Source: an uncultured Bacilli bacterium (lineage in GTDB: Bacteria > Bacillota_I > Bacilli_A > RF39 > UBA660). From it: DNA of 41,340 nt. The notes under the pieces are model-generated. The model was not told the DNA's origin and did no database searches. It worked only from the letters and a program-made list of their open reading frames with translations. Below, one piece after another: positions 10,629-18,330 of this stretch. The DNA lies in the NCBI GenBank assembly GCA_947628325.1, contig CANQZL010000001.1:1-41340 (forward strand), in the 5' to 3' direction. Numbering within the stretch: position 1 is the stretch's first letter; the number at the start of each line of letters is the position of its first letter. A program made the translations under genes and the position numbers.

Positions 10629-11771
10629 ATGAGAAAGAAGTATAAAATAAAAAAAAGTGCTATTATTTTCATTATTCTTATACTTATTTTACTAACTGCT
10701 ATAATAGCATTTATATTATCTTTATTTAAATCAAAATCTTATAGCTTAGAATATAATATTGATAATTTTGATATTAGTGAAAACTTTGATGATAAAGAAA
10801 GTTTCTATTACTATGAAATAAAATATGATAATACAAAATATAGTTTTATATATCAAACAGACTATCAAAAAGAAAAAAAATTAATAAATAATATAAATCA
10901 TTATCAATATGAAGACTATCAATGTCTTACAATTAATAGTGAAACTATTTCATCAGTACCACTATGTTCTTATAAACAAGAACAAGTGTCTTTTAACATA
11001 ATACCTTTAGAATTTCAAAAAAAGGTTCCTAATAACTTTGAAAAAATAGAAGACAAAGATACTAATTATAAAAACTATATAATTCATAATTCTTCTAATA
11101 ATGTATTAATTTGGTCTTATAAAGGATTTAATTATATTAATAATGATGACGTATCATTTATTAAAGTATTTGATAAAGACATATATGATATACCATTAGC
11201 TACTAAAATAAATAATTATATTATGATACCAGATTATACTCAACAATATAATTTTAAAAGTGTATATATAATTAACTTAGAAAATAAAAAAATAGATAAA
11301 TGGGAATTAGATTATGAAATATCATATGATAGCTATGTTCTAGGAACAAATGACAAGTCTATATTTATTGTTGATAAAAAAGCTTCTATTGAATATGAAT
11401 TAGTTCCACATCGTAAAAAAATGCGTAAAATAGCTAAAAATGATGAAAATGGAATTATTTATGTAAATGGTGAAGAAAAAAGCATTACCTTAAATAAACT
11501 TATTACTTCAGAAGAATCTTTTATATACAAAAATCTTTACCATTATAGTCTTGAAAATAACACCTTATACTTAACGTATTTAGATAAAGAAGATAAAATT
11601 AAAATATCTAATAATAAAGTAAAAGACATTGTTTATGTAAATAAAGATAATGTTTATTACTTAGTAGAAGATACATTATATAAATATAATATTCAAAATG
11701 GGGAAATTAAACTTATAACTTATAGTGAATGGAATTTTAATTATAAAAATTTAATATTTATTAATGACTAA
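10629..11771 (+). CDS. hypothetical N-terminally anchored extracytoplasmic protein
   Basis: 380 aa with an AAGAGG RBS and a signal-anchor helix (SAIIFIILILILLTAIIAFILSLF). Confidence 0.7.
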   Translation: MRKKYKIKKSAIIFIILILILLTAIIAFILSLFKSKSYSLEYNIDNFDISENFDDKESFYYYEIKYDNTKYSFIYQTDYQKEKKLINNINHYQYEDYQCLTINSETISSVPLCSYKQEQVSFNIIPLEFQKKVPNNFEKIEDKDTNYKNYIIHNSSNNVLIWSYKGFNYINNDDVSFIKVFDKDIYDIPLATKINNYIMIPDYTQQYNFKSVYIINLENKKIDKWELDYEISYDSYVLGTNDKSIFIVDKKASIEYELVPHRKKMRKIAKNDENGIIYVNGEEKSITLNKLITSEESFIYKNLYHYSLENNTLYLTYLDKEDKIKISNNKVKDIVYVNKDNVYYLVEDTLYKYNIQNGEIKLITYSEWNFNYKNLIFIND

Positions 11772-11809
11772 TTTTAAAAATAGGCATATCTTATATTAGG
11801 AGTGATTTT

Positions 11810-12259
11810 ATGTACGATAAATACCTAATACAAAAAGGTGATGATATATCTTCAATAGCTAGAAAATTTCATACAAAAGAAAGTATTATCTTAGATTTAA
11901 ATAATATTCCATTTCCCGATATGATAAGAGAGGGAAGAGAGATAATAGTACCTGTAAATAAAGAAGCTTATTTTGAATACTATACTATAAAAAAAGGAGA
12001 TACCTTATATGGTATAGCTCGAAAATATAATATAAATCCTGACTTATTAGCTATTTTAAATGGACTAAATAGTCAAGATTATATTTACCCTGATCAAGAA
12101 ATACTAATCCCCAAAAGTAACTATAGTTATTATGTAACAAAGGATGGAGATACTATAGATATAGTTGCTAATAAATTTAATGTAGATAATCGTGAACTAC
12201 TATCTACAAATGAGACAATATATCTTTTACCAGGTCAATTATTAGTAAAAAAAAATTAA
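11810..12259 (+). CDS. LysM-repeat peptidoglycan-binding protein
   Basis: Three LysM repeats (YLIQKGDDISSIARKF..., YTIKKGDTLYGIARKYNINPDLLAILNGL..., YVTKDGDTIDIVANKFNVDNRELL...). AGGAG RBS. Confidence 0.85.
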   Translation: MYDKYLIQKGDDISSIARKFHTKESIILDLNNIPFPDMIREGREIIVPVNKEAYFEYYTIKKGDTLYGIARKYNINPDLLAILNGLNSQDYIYPDQEILIPKSNYSYYVTKDGDTIDIVANKFNVDNRELLSTNETIYLLPGQLLVKKN

Positions 12260-12264
12260 AATAA

Positions 12265-12296
12265 AAATATGAGCAATCATATTTTTTCTTTTTTAT
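12265..12296 (+). terminator. rho-independent terminator after the LysM gene
   Basis: Stem AAATATGA/TCATATTT (12265-12272 / 12277-12284) with loop GCAA, then TTTTCTTTTTT. Confidence 0.6.
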
Positions 12297-12341
12297 AAAT
12301 TATTATGTTATAATTAAATAAGAATAGGAGGGATATATAAA

Positions 12342-13958
12342 ATGATTATTAAAAACCCATATGGTTTTATTTCAAAACATTATAAAATAATTAATCTTCT
12401 CTTATTAGTACCAATGTTATATTTACTATTAAAATTTGGAGATATAGCAACATTTTTCAAAGATTATATTAGAGCAAGTTATTCTACTCCAGAAACTAAT
12501 TATGCTGATAAATATGTAACATTATTAACAACTGTAGTAATATTGTTTATGTTTATTATAAATCTCTTCTTATATATAATTTTACTAACTAAAAAAAGAA
12601 AAAATATCTACTTTTTATTAAATGTAGGATATAGCATAGTCCTTTTAATTTCAGCCCTATTATCTCATACAACTATGGTAGGAATGGAATCAGGAAGTGT
12701 AGATCAAACATTTATAAATTTTGTTAGAGATTTTGCTAACATTAGTAGATTTCCTATGTACATTCTCTTAATTATTGGAGCATCAGAAGGAGTAGGATTT
12801 AATTTTAAAACTTTAAAGTTTGATAATAATGCCGATTTACAAATTCATGAAGATGATGAAGAAGAAATTGAAATACGTCTTAGTAACGAAAATAATAATA
12901 ACTTTAAAAAGAATTTTATCCATATGATAAGAGAACTTAAGTATTATATTCTTGAAAATAAATTTGTCTTTCTCTGTTTTACAGGACTATTTATTATTGT
13001 TATAGGAGTATCTTTATTCCTTAATTTCCAAGTATATAATAAAAGCTATACTGTTAAACAAGCATTTAGTTTAGATAATTTTACTTTATCAGTCAAAGAA
13101 AGTTATATTACTAAAGTAGATTTTAGAGGACTAGAAATTAATAGTGATAAATACTTTTTAGCATTAAAATTAGGAATTCAAAATAATGGACAACCATCTA
13201 AAATAGATAAATCAAATTTTAGAATATATATTGGTGATGAAGTTTTATATCCTAGTTACGATAGAAGTTCAAGATTTATTGATATTGGAAAACCTTATCA
13301 AGGTCAAGATATCCCACATAATGATGAAAACAATCCTGCTGAAGATTATGTTTTTGTTTATGAACTAACAGAAAAACAAGTTAAAGGAAGCTATCAATTA
13401 AGAATATTAAATACTTTAACAAAGCAAGAAGATAAACTAATAGGTAGATATAAAACAGTTAACATAAGACCACAGACAATTTTAAAAAACGAAGACATAG
13501 GTACTGTTGGTATTGGTAAAGAAATATCATTAGAAAATACACTTCTTAATGAAACAAGTTATAAGCTAAATGATTTTGAAATAGTAACAAGCTATCCTTA
13601 TACATCAAGACTTTGTGATATGAACAAAAATTGTACTAATGTTAATGATGTTATAGTACCACATGGAGGCAGTGTTCTAGTAGTCTTATCAGATGATATT
13701 AAATGGGATGAAACGACTTCGTATTATAAAAATAGCAATAAAGACTTCTATACAGATTTTGTATATATTCAATATGAATATAGTTATGACACAACTTCAG
13801 AGCCAAAATTATATCAAGCTAAAATGAAAAATGTTACCCCATCAACTGTTACTGATAAAAAAATATATGAAGTACCAAATAGTGTATTTTATTCAAATAA
13901 GTATAATATGATAATAAGAGTAAGGAATAAAATTGCTACTATTTCTTTAAAAGAATAA
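12342..13958 (+). CDS. polytopic membrane protein with extracellular beta-sandwich-like C-terminal region
   Basis: 538 aa with an AGGAGG RBS, 4-5 N-terminal TM helices plus one more at about residue 205. The downstream segment (YFLALKLGIQNNGQPSKIDKSNFRIYIGDEVLYP) resembles the DUF4352-type pattern (low certainty). Confidence 0.7.
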   Translation: MIIKNPYGFISKHYKIINLLLLVPMLYLLLKFGDIATFFKDYIRASYSTPETNYADKYVTLLTTVVILFMFIINLFLYIILLTKKRKNIYFLLNVGYSIVLLISALLSHTTMVGMESGSVDQTFINFVRDFANISRFPMYILLIIGASEGVGFNFKTLKFDNNADLQIHEDDEEEIEIRLSNENNNNFKKNFIHMIRELKYYILENKFVFLCFTGLFIIVIGVSLFLNFQVYNKSYTVKQAFSLDNFTLSVKESYITKVDFRGLEINSDKYFLALKLGIQNNGQPSKIDKSNFRIYIGDEVLYPSYDRSSRFIDIGKPYQGQDIPHNDENNPAEDYVFVYELTEKQVKGSYQLRILNTLTKQEDKLIGRYKTVNIRPQTILKNEDIGTVGIGKEISLENTLLNETSYKLNDFEIVTSYPYTSRLCDMNKNCTNVNDVIVPHGGSVLVVLSDDIKWDETTSYYKNSNKDFYTDFVYIQYEYSYDTTSEPKLYQAKMKNVTPSTVTDKKIYEVPNSVFYSNKYNMIIRVRNKIATISLKE

Positions 13959-13963
13959 AATCA

Positions 13964-13992
13964 TTGACTTTTATAACTTCATGATATAAAAT
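13964..13992 (+). promoter_or_regulatory. putative promoter of tRNA-Cys
   Basis: TTGACT (13964-13969), a 17-nt spacer, then TAAAAT (13987-13992). It is followed by a perfect 9-bp GNRA hairpin, AGACATATC-GAAA-GATATGTCT (13995-14016), in the leader. Confidence 0.5.
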
Positions 13993-14021
13993 TAAGACAT
14001 ATCGAAAGATATGTCTAAAAT

Positions 14022-14095
14022 GGGGCTTTAGCCAAGCGGTAAGGCAAGGGACTGCAACTCCCTGAGCACCAGTTCGAATCTGGTAGGCCCCTCCA
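14022..14095 (+). tRNA. tRNA-Cys (anticodon GCA)
   Basis: Hand-folded: acceptor GGGGCTT/AGGCCCC, anticodon stem AGGGA/TCCCT with loop CTGCAAC, T arm ACCAG-TTCGAAT-CTGGT, discriminator U73 (typical of tRNA-Cys), encoded CCA. Confidence 0.9.
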
Positions 14096-14106
14096 AATTA
14101 TCTATT

Positions 14107-14131
14107 AAGTCCAGTATTTTAGGACTTTTTT
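14107..14131 (+). terminator. rho-independent terminator after tRNA-Cys
   Basis: Stem AAGTCC/GGACTT (14107-14112 / 14122-14127) followed by a T-run. Confidence 0.6.
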
Positions 14132-14149
14132 AATTTCAAAAATACTTCT

Positions 14150-14172
14150 AAACACACTTTCAAACACACTTT
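14150..14172. repeat. tandem direct repeat AAACACACTTT x2, adjacent to the int stop codon
   Basis: Copies at 14150-14160 and 14162-14172 are identical 11-mers separated by one C. Located in the attL-proximal arm. Confidence 0.6.
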
Positions 14173-14173
14173 T

Positions 14174-15271
14174 TTATAAATTATTTAACATATTAGTCAT
14201 TTGTTCTAACTCGCTTTTATACATATGAGTATACGTATTTAACGTAATAGATATATTTGAATGACCTAAATATTTTGACACTAATGCAATACTTGCTCCT
14301 TTATTAATTAACAGACTAGCACAACTATGTCTAAAATCATGAATTCTTATTTGTTTTACTCCTGCTAGACGACAATATTTATCTTTTCTTATTTGTATTG
14401 TATTTTCCGATAATGGTCTAGTATTTCCGAATATAAACCACTCATCAGAATAATCAACATAATGTTGAGCATTTTCTTTTAATGTTTTTAAGTCCTTTGT
14501 AAGGTTTTTTGTTAAAGGTATAACTCTTATACTATTTTTAGTCTTAGGGCTGGAAATTGTCCATTTCTCGCCTTTTATTTTAGTGGTTAATGTTTTAGTT
14601 ATATTTACGATTCCTTTTTTAAAATCTATATCGTTCCACGTTAAAGCGATACATTCTCCTTTTCTTAAACCTAAGAAATATAACATTTCAAAAAAAGTAT
14701 GCCAATCTAAATCATCGATTACTTTATCAAATTGTAAATATTCTTCATAAGTAAAAAATTGCATTTCTTTTTTTTGCTTTCCAACATCTTTAAAATTCTC
14801 TATAAATTTTATTAATGAATCACTAGTATTGTAATATATATTAGCATATCTTATTAATCTTTTAAATAAACCTAATATTTTATTTTTATATATAACACCT
14901 ACTGGTGTTTCTTTTAACTCGATAAGCCATCTACGATATACATTTAAATCTATAGCATTTACTTTATATTTTCCTAAAGGTTTTATATGTCTGTAGAAGT
15001 TAACATCTTTTATTATTGTTTGTTTCTTCACTAATGTTTTCTGAACTTCTAAGAAATCATAAAAAACTTGCTCTAATGTTATATTACTGGTATTTGCTTT
15101 ATTATCGGATATCTTAATACGATATCTTGCCTCTTCTTCGTCTGCCTCTTTTTTTGTTTTAAATTTAGGAGAAGTATAATCGTGCGAAATACCATAAATA
15201 TCTTTATATTTTATTCTAAAGAAATATTGTCTACCATCTTTAGTAGGCTTTTTTGATTTATATACTGCCAT
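14174..15271 (-). CDS. phage integrase, tyrosine recombinase
   Basis: Catalytic signature GLRKGE (Arg), HDFRHSCAS (H-x-x-R-H), LGHSNISITLNTYTH (His, Tyr), plus an N-terminal arm-binding-type domain. The ATG at 15271 has an AAGGAG RBS; the track start at 15280 is an upstream GTG. Confidence 0.92.
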   Translation of the reverse strand: MAVYKSKKPTKDGRQYFFRIKYKDIYGISHDYTSPKFKTKKEADEEEARYRIKISDNKANTSNITLEQVFYDFLEVQKTLVKKQTIIKDVNFYRHIKPLGKYKVNAIDLNVYRRWLIELKETPVGVIYKNKILGLFKRLIRYANIYYNTSDSLIKFIENFKDVGKQKKEMQFFTYEEYLQFDKVIDDLDWHTFFEMLYFLGLRKGECIALTWNDIDFKKGIVNITKTLTTKIKGEKWTISSPKTKNSIRVIPLTKNLTKDLKTLKENAQHYVDYSDEWFIFGNTRPLSENTIQIRKDKYCRLAGVKQIRIHDFRHSCASLLINKGASIALVSKYLGHSNISITLNTYTHMYKSELEQMTNMLNNL

Positions 15272-15382
15272 ATTAATCACTCCTTATTTCTATTGAATAG
15301 GAAGTAAATCTATGATAAAATAAATACATAGAAAAACTCCTATTGCGTATTGGTTTTTTTCTATAGGGCTTTATGCCTTTTT

Positions 15383-15411
15383 GACTACTGTTCCAGCAGT
15401 AGTCTTTTTTT
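15383..15411 (+). terminator. intrinsic terminator oriented on the plus strand between two minus-strand genes
   Basis: Stem GACTACTG/CAGTAGTC (15383-15390 / 15397-15404) with loop TTCCAG, followed by T7 on the plus strand only. On the minus strand the hairpin is followed by AAAAAGG. Confidence 0.55.
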
Positions 15412-15413
15412 AT

Positions 15414-16082
15414 TCACTGTTTGTATTTGTTGCATTGTTCTATTTTTTTATCTATCATATCTTTAAAATCTAATTTATATTTAACGGCTTTTTTATAGTA
15501 TTTTATTGCTGAATCATAATCTTTTATTTTTGTGTAATTTTCAGCTAATTGAAAATATATATTATATCTATGATCTTTTAATTTTTCTTTAGCCGAATCG
15601 TAATAGTTACCACCGCTTTCATCATAAAAGCCTTGATTAATTAATAACTTAGTGTAATATATAGAAGATTTTGCAAAACAATTATAATTCCATGAACACC
15701 ATTTAGCAATTTGATTAGTAATCTTAGGTTTTTTAGGTGTTCCTAATAGAGCTAGACAAGTTGAAAACCATAAATATCTATCTGGTATTAAATCCCATGA
15801 TGGCTCATCAAATTGTGACAGTGTATTAAGTGAAATATAAACACCATTTGAATTTTTAGTTTTATTATATAAATCTGTATATTTATCAAGTTGTTTTAAA
15901 TATTTATTATAGATATCATTAAGTCTAGGATATGTTTTTTTCAATTTATGCAAAATAGCAATAATAGAAACATATCCATCTACATCGTTATTTTTACTTA
16001 CTGTATCTATTAAGTTATAAATATATTCATCGATTACTTCTTTTTCAGTATATTCCATCTTTTCTTTATTAAAAAACATCAT
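15414..16082 (-). CDS. TPR-like cytoplasmic protein, lysogeny-module cargo
   Basis: 222 aa with no signal peptide and a C-terminal TPR-like motif (LAENYTKIKDYDSAIKYYKKAVKY). Its start overlaps the repressor stop (TAATG at 16080-16084), implying translational coupling. Confidence 0.75.
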   Translation of the reverse strand: MMFFNKEKMEYTEKEVIDEYIYNLIDTVSKNNDVDGYVSIIAILHKLKKTYPRLNDIYNKYLKQLDKYTDLYNKTKNSNGVYISLNTLSQFDEPSWDLIPDRYLWFSTCLALLGTPKKPKITNQIAKWCSWNYNCFAKSSIYYTKLLINQGFYDESGGNYYDSAKEKLKDHRYNIYFQLAENYTKIKDYDSAIKYYKKAVKYKLDFKDMIDKKIEQCNKYKQ

Positions 16083-16729
16083 TATAATTTCGTCCTCTTT
16101 TCTACAGCAATACCTACAACTCTTATAGGTAATTGCTCAACTTGTTCTTTTGAAAACATCATAATATCATAAGCTGTATTATATGGTTGTAAAACGATAC
16201 CATTATCATTAACTAATAATTTTTTAAATGTTGATTCTGTTCCATTAATCATAATGGCCACGTCTTTACCATTATACATTTCCTTATCATCGTTTTGTTC
16301 AAAGATAACTATATCGTTTTCACTATACTTTGGAAACATTGAATCTCCACTAATTTTTAGTCCATAAAACTTTTTCCCACCTTTGGTCCATTCTTTAGGA
16401 ATATCTATATATTCAATAATATCCGATTGACTTTCTATTGGGATTCCAGCTCTAATAGTTCCGTAGACTGGAATTTTTGCAATATCTGAATTTATATCTA
16501 CCAAAGTACCGTTATCAAATATTATTGGTGGAAAAAAATCATTAATTGAAATTTTAAAATATTCTGCCAACTTAAATAATACATCTTGATTAGCTTCTAA
16601 AATTCCACTTTCATATCGTGAAACTGTTTGGGATGTTGTGTTAAGGTATTCTCCTAATTCTTGTTGTGTGATATTTTTACTTGTTCTATAGAACTTTATT
16701 TTTTCTCCAACATACTTCGAAACATTCAT
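16082..16729 (-). CDS. CI/LexA-like phage repressor (XRE HTH + S24 peptidase)
   Basis: N-terminal HTH (ITQQELGEYLNTTSQTVSRYESG). C-terminal S24 Ser/Lys dyad (ISGDSMFP ... TFKKL). AAGGAGGG RBS. Confidence 0.9.
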   Translation of the reverse strand: MNVSKYVGEKIKFYRTSKNITQQELGEYLNTTSQTVSRYESGILEANQDVLFKLAEYFKISINDFFPPIIFDNGTLVDINSDIAKIPVYGTIRAGIPIESQSDIIEYIDIPKEWTKGGKKFYGLKISGDSMFPKYSENDIVIFEQNDDKEMYNGKDVAIMINGTESTFKKLLVNDNGIVLQPYNTAYDIMMFSKEQVEQLPIRVVGIAVEKRTKL

Positions 16730-16754
16730 ATTTTCCCTCCTTCTTTATGTAAAT

Positions 16755-16783
16755 ATTATAACATTGATTTACGAAAATGGAAC
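16755..16783 (-). promoter_or_regulatory. putative repressor maintenance promoter with operator O2
   Basis: Minus-strand extended -10 TGtTATAAT (plus ATTATA 16755-16760). The -35 region is weak and overlaps TTACGAAAATGGAAC (16769-16783). Confidence 0.4.
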
Positions 16784-16811
16784 AAAAAGTTAATAAATTG
16801 TTAAAAAAGTA

Positions 16812-16840
16812 TTGACATTGTACGATAATCGTACTAAAAT
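16812..16840 (+). promoter_or_regulatory. early rightward promoter with embedded palindromic operator O1
   Basis: TTGACA (16812-16817), a 17-nt spacer, then TAAAAT (16835-16840). Nearly the whole spacer is the perfect palindrome GTACGATAATCGTAC (16820-16834). Confidence 0.7.
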
Positions 16841-16873
16841 GAAATCGTCAATAGGACAGAAGGAGGTAAAAAT

Positions 16874-17095
16874 ATGCAGACCAAATTAATACTTTTGATG
16901 AAAGAAAAACAAATCACAAATAAAGCTATGGCAGAAAAAATCGGCATAACTGAGAAACAATTTGGATTAAAACTAAGAGGGAAGTCTGATTTTAAAAGTA
17001 CAGAAATGTTTAAAATATCAAGAATATTAAAAAAACCAATTAATGAGATTTTTTTACCATCAATGTACGAAAATGGTACACTAGATGATAGCTAA
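16874..17095 (+). CDS. Cro-like XRE-family HTH regulator
   Basis: 73 aa, divergent from the repressor, with a GAAGGAGG RBS and the HTH ITNKAMAEKIGITEKQFGLKLRG. Confidence 0.8.
   Translation: MQTKLILLMKEKQITNKAMAEKIGITEKQFGLKLRGKSDFKSTEMFKISRILKKPINEIFLPSMYENGTLDDS
17065..17079. promoter_or_regulatory. third operator-like site O3 (GTACGAAAATGGTAC) inside the 3' end of the cro-like gene
   Basis: It has the same GTAC-N7-GTAC architecture as O1 and matches O2 at 13 of 15 positions. Confidence 0.45.
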
Positions 17096-17120
17096 GGAAG
17101 AAATAAATAGGAGGTAATTT

Positions 17121-17381
17121 ATGGAAAAAGTTGTTAAATTTAATGATATTAAAAATTTAGTAATACATGATACTGGAGATAATTCAGATTTCAAGCTTAT
17201 CTTAGATAATATGTCTTTAGATTGTGAAGGTTTACAGGGATATGATATAAGTAGACGAGCAGGTGGAACTAGCACAATAACACTTTATTACAGAGTAGAA
17301 ATTGATGTAGATGTTAAGAAAATAGATATAAATCATCATATAAATAAAAAAGCTAAGGCAATGCCAAAGCTTAAGGAATAA
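17121..17381 (+). CDS. hypothetical early protein
   Basis: 86 aa with a TAGGAGG RBS. Confidence 0.7.
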   Translation: MEKVVKFNDIKNLVIHDTGDNSDFKLILDNMSLDCEGLQGYDISRRAGGTSTITLYYRVEIDVDVKKIDINHHINKKAKAMPKLKE

Positions 17382-17454
17382 ATTAGGATAAGAATATGTG
17401 TTATCTAATTATTTAGATGAAATTATTATTGAAATTAAGTTATAGGAGAGATAT

Positions 17455-17568
17455 ATGAAAAATAAAAATGAAAAAAAATTAATTAGCAGATTTAAAGAAA
17501 CACAAATTGTACAAAAAAATGGAAAAATAGTTGCAACAATAAAAAAAAGAAGAAAAGCTAGTGCTTAA
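17455..17568 (+). CDS. possible small basic protein (37 aa)
   Basis: Found by hand: ATG 17455 preceded by TAGGAGAG. Translation MKNKNEKKLISRFKETQIVQKNGKIVATIKKRRKASA. Below the track size cutoff. Confidence 0.35.
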   Translation: MKNKNEKKLISRFKETQIVQKNGKIVATIKKRRKASA

Positions 17569-17593
17569 TCTTAAAAAATTAAGGAAAAATCCT

Positions 17594-17797
17594 ATGATAA
17601 CTAATTATTTAAAAGAATACTTTAAAGAAAATAATATAAGTCAATATGAAATAGAGAGAAGAACAAAAATAGCAAGAAGTAAAATTAACTTATCTTTAAA
17701 TGGTAAGAGGAAATTAACTGCTGATGAGTTAATGAAAATTGCAATAGCATTTGATTTAGATTTAAACAAAATAAAAGGAATCATTCAAACAAAATGA
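17594..17797 (+). CDS. XRE-family HTH protein
   Basis: HTH ISQYEIERRTKIARSKINLSLNG. The ATG at 17594 (MITNYLKEY...) has an AAGGAAA RBS; the track start at 17561 is an upstream GTG. Confidence 0.75.
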   Translation: MITNYLKEYFKENNISQYEIERRTKIARSKINLSLNGKRKLTADELMKIAIAFDLDLNKIKGIIQTK

Positions 17798-17818
17798 TTT
17801 CCTATAAGCTCATTACGA

Positions 17819-17850
17819 AGACTAAATTGTGCTAGTCCACAATTTAATCT
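17819..17850. other. 13-bp stem hairpin / inverted repeat in a 315-bp non-coding gap
   Basis: AGACTAAATTGTG (17819-17831), loop CTAGTC, CACAATTTAATCT (17838-17850), with one mismatch. Flanked by direct TACGAA hexamers (17814-17819 and 17850-17855). Confidence 0.6.
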
Positions 17851-18111
17851 ACGAATTTAATATCTGAATTTATTGCAGATGTTGTTCCATTACCAGACAT
17901 TTTTCGCCTATTTTAATGTCGGTTTGTTCTCACTGAACTGGTTTTATAAGGAAAACAGGAAACTCATACCCCAATTTTTTACAAGATTGGTAATTGGTTT
18001 TGGATTTTAGCATTTCTAACATTTACTAGTATGTTAGTTGCAATAACTTAACACTTACGAGTTTACTCTCTATATTAAGAAATCAAACTATTTAGGAAGG
18101 AGGGAAAAGAA

Positions 18112-18258
18112 ATGGAAGAAAAAAAAGATGATCTTACTTTAAATGTAAATTTAAATTTAACTATTTCAATTAAAGAGTTCTCAGAAATTCTTAAAGTAAT
18201 ATCTAATAACAAAGAAAAAATTCTAGAATTACTTAACAAATACATAGAAAAAAATTAA
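18112..18258 (+). CDS. small hypothetical protein (48 aa)
   Basis: Found by hand: ATG 18112 after the strong RBS AGGAAGGAGGG. Translation MEEKKDDLTLNVNLNLTISIKEFSEILKVISNNKEKILELLNKYIEKN. Confidence 0.55.
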   Translation: MEEKKDDLTLNVNLNLTISIKEFSEILKVISNNKEKILELLNKYIEKN

Positions 18259-18330
18259 TAATGCAAAGTGCTGGAACACTTTAATAGCTATAGAAATTTT
18301 ATTATAAAGACAAAGCAATAGGAGGGACTT

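Noticed and set aside
13995-14016. Perfect 9-bp GAAA-loop hairpin upstream of tRNA-Cys, considered as the terminator of gene 12342-13958.
   Set aside because: It has no U-tract on either side and lies downstream of the predicted tRNA promoter -10 element. It is more likely part of the pre-tRNA leader than a terminator.
17879-18010. 43-aa hydrophobic plus-strand ORF (MLFHYQTFFAYFNVGLFSLNWFYKENRKLIPQFFTRLVIGFGF) in the ORF-free island.
   Set aside because: There is no Shine-Dalgarno upstream, unlike essentially every real gene in this phage. It is kept only as part of the non-coding-island finding.
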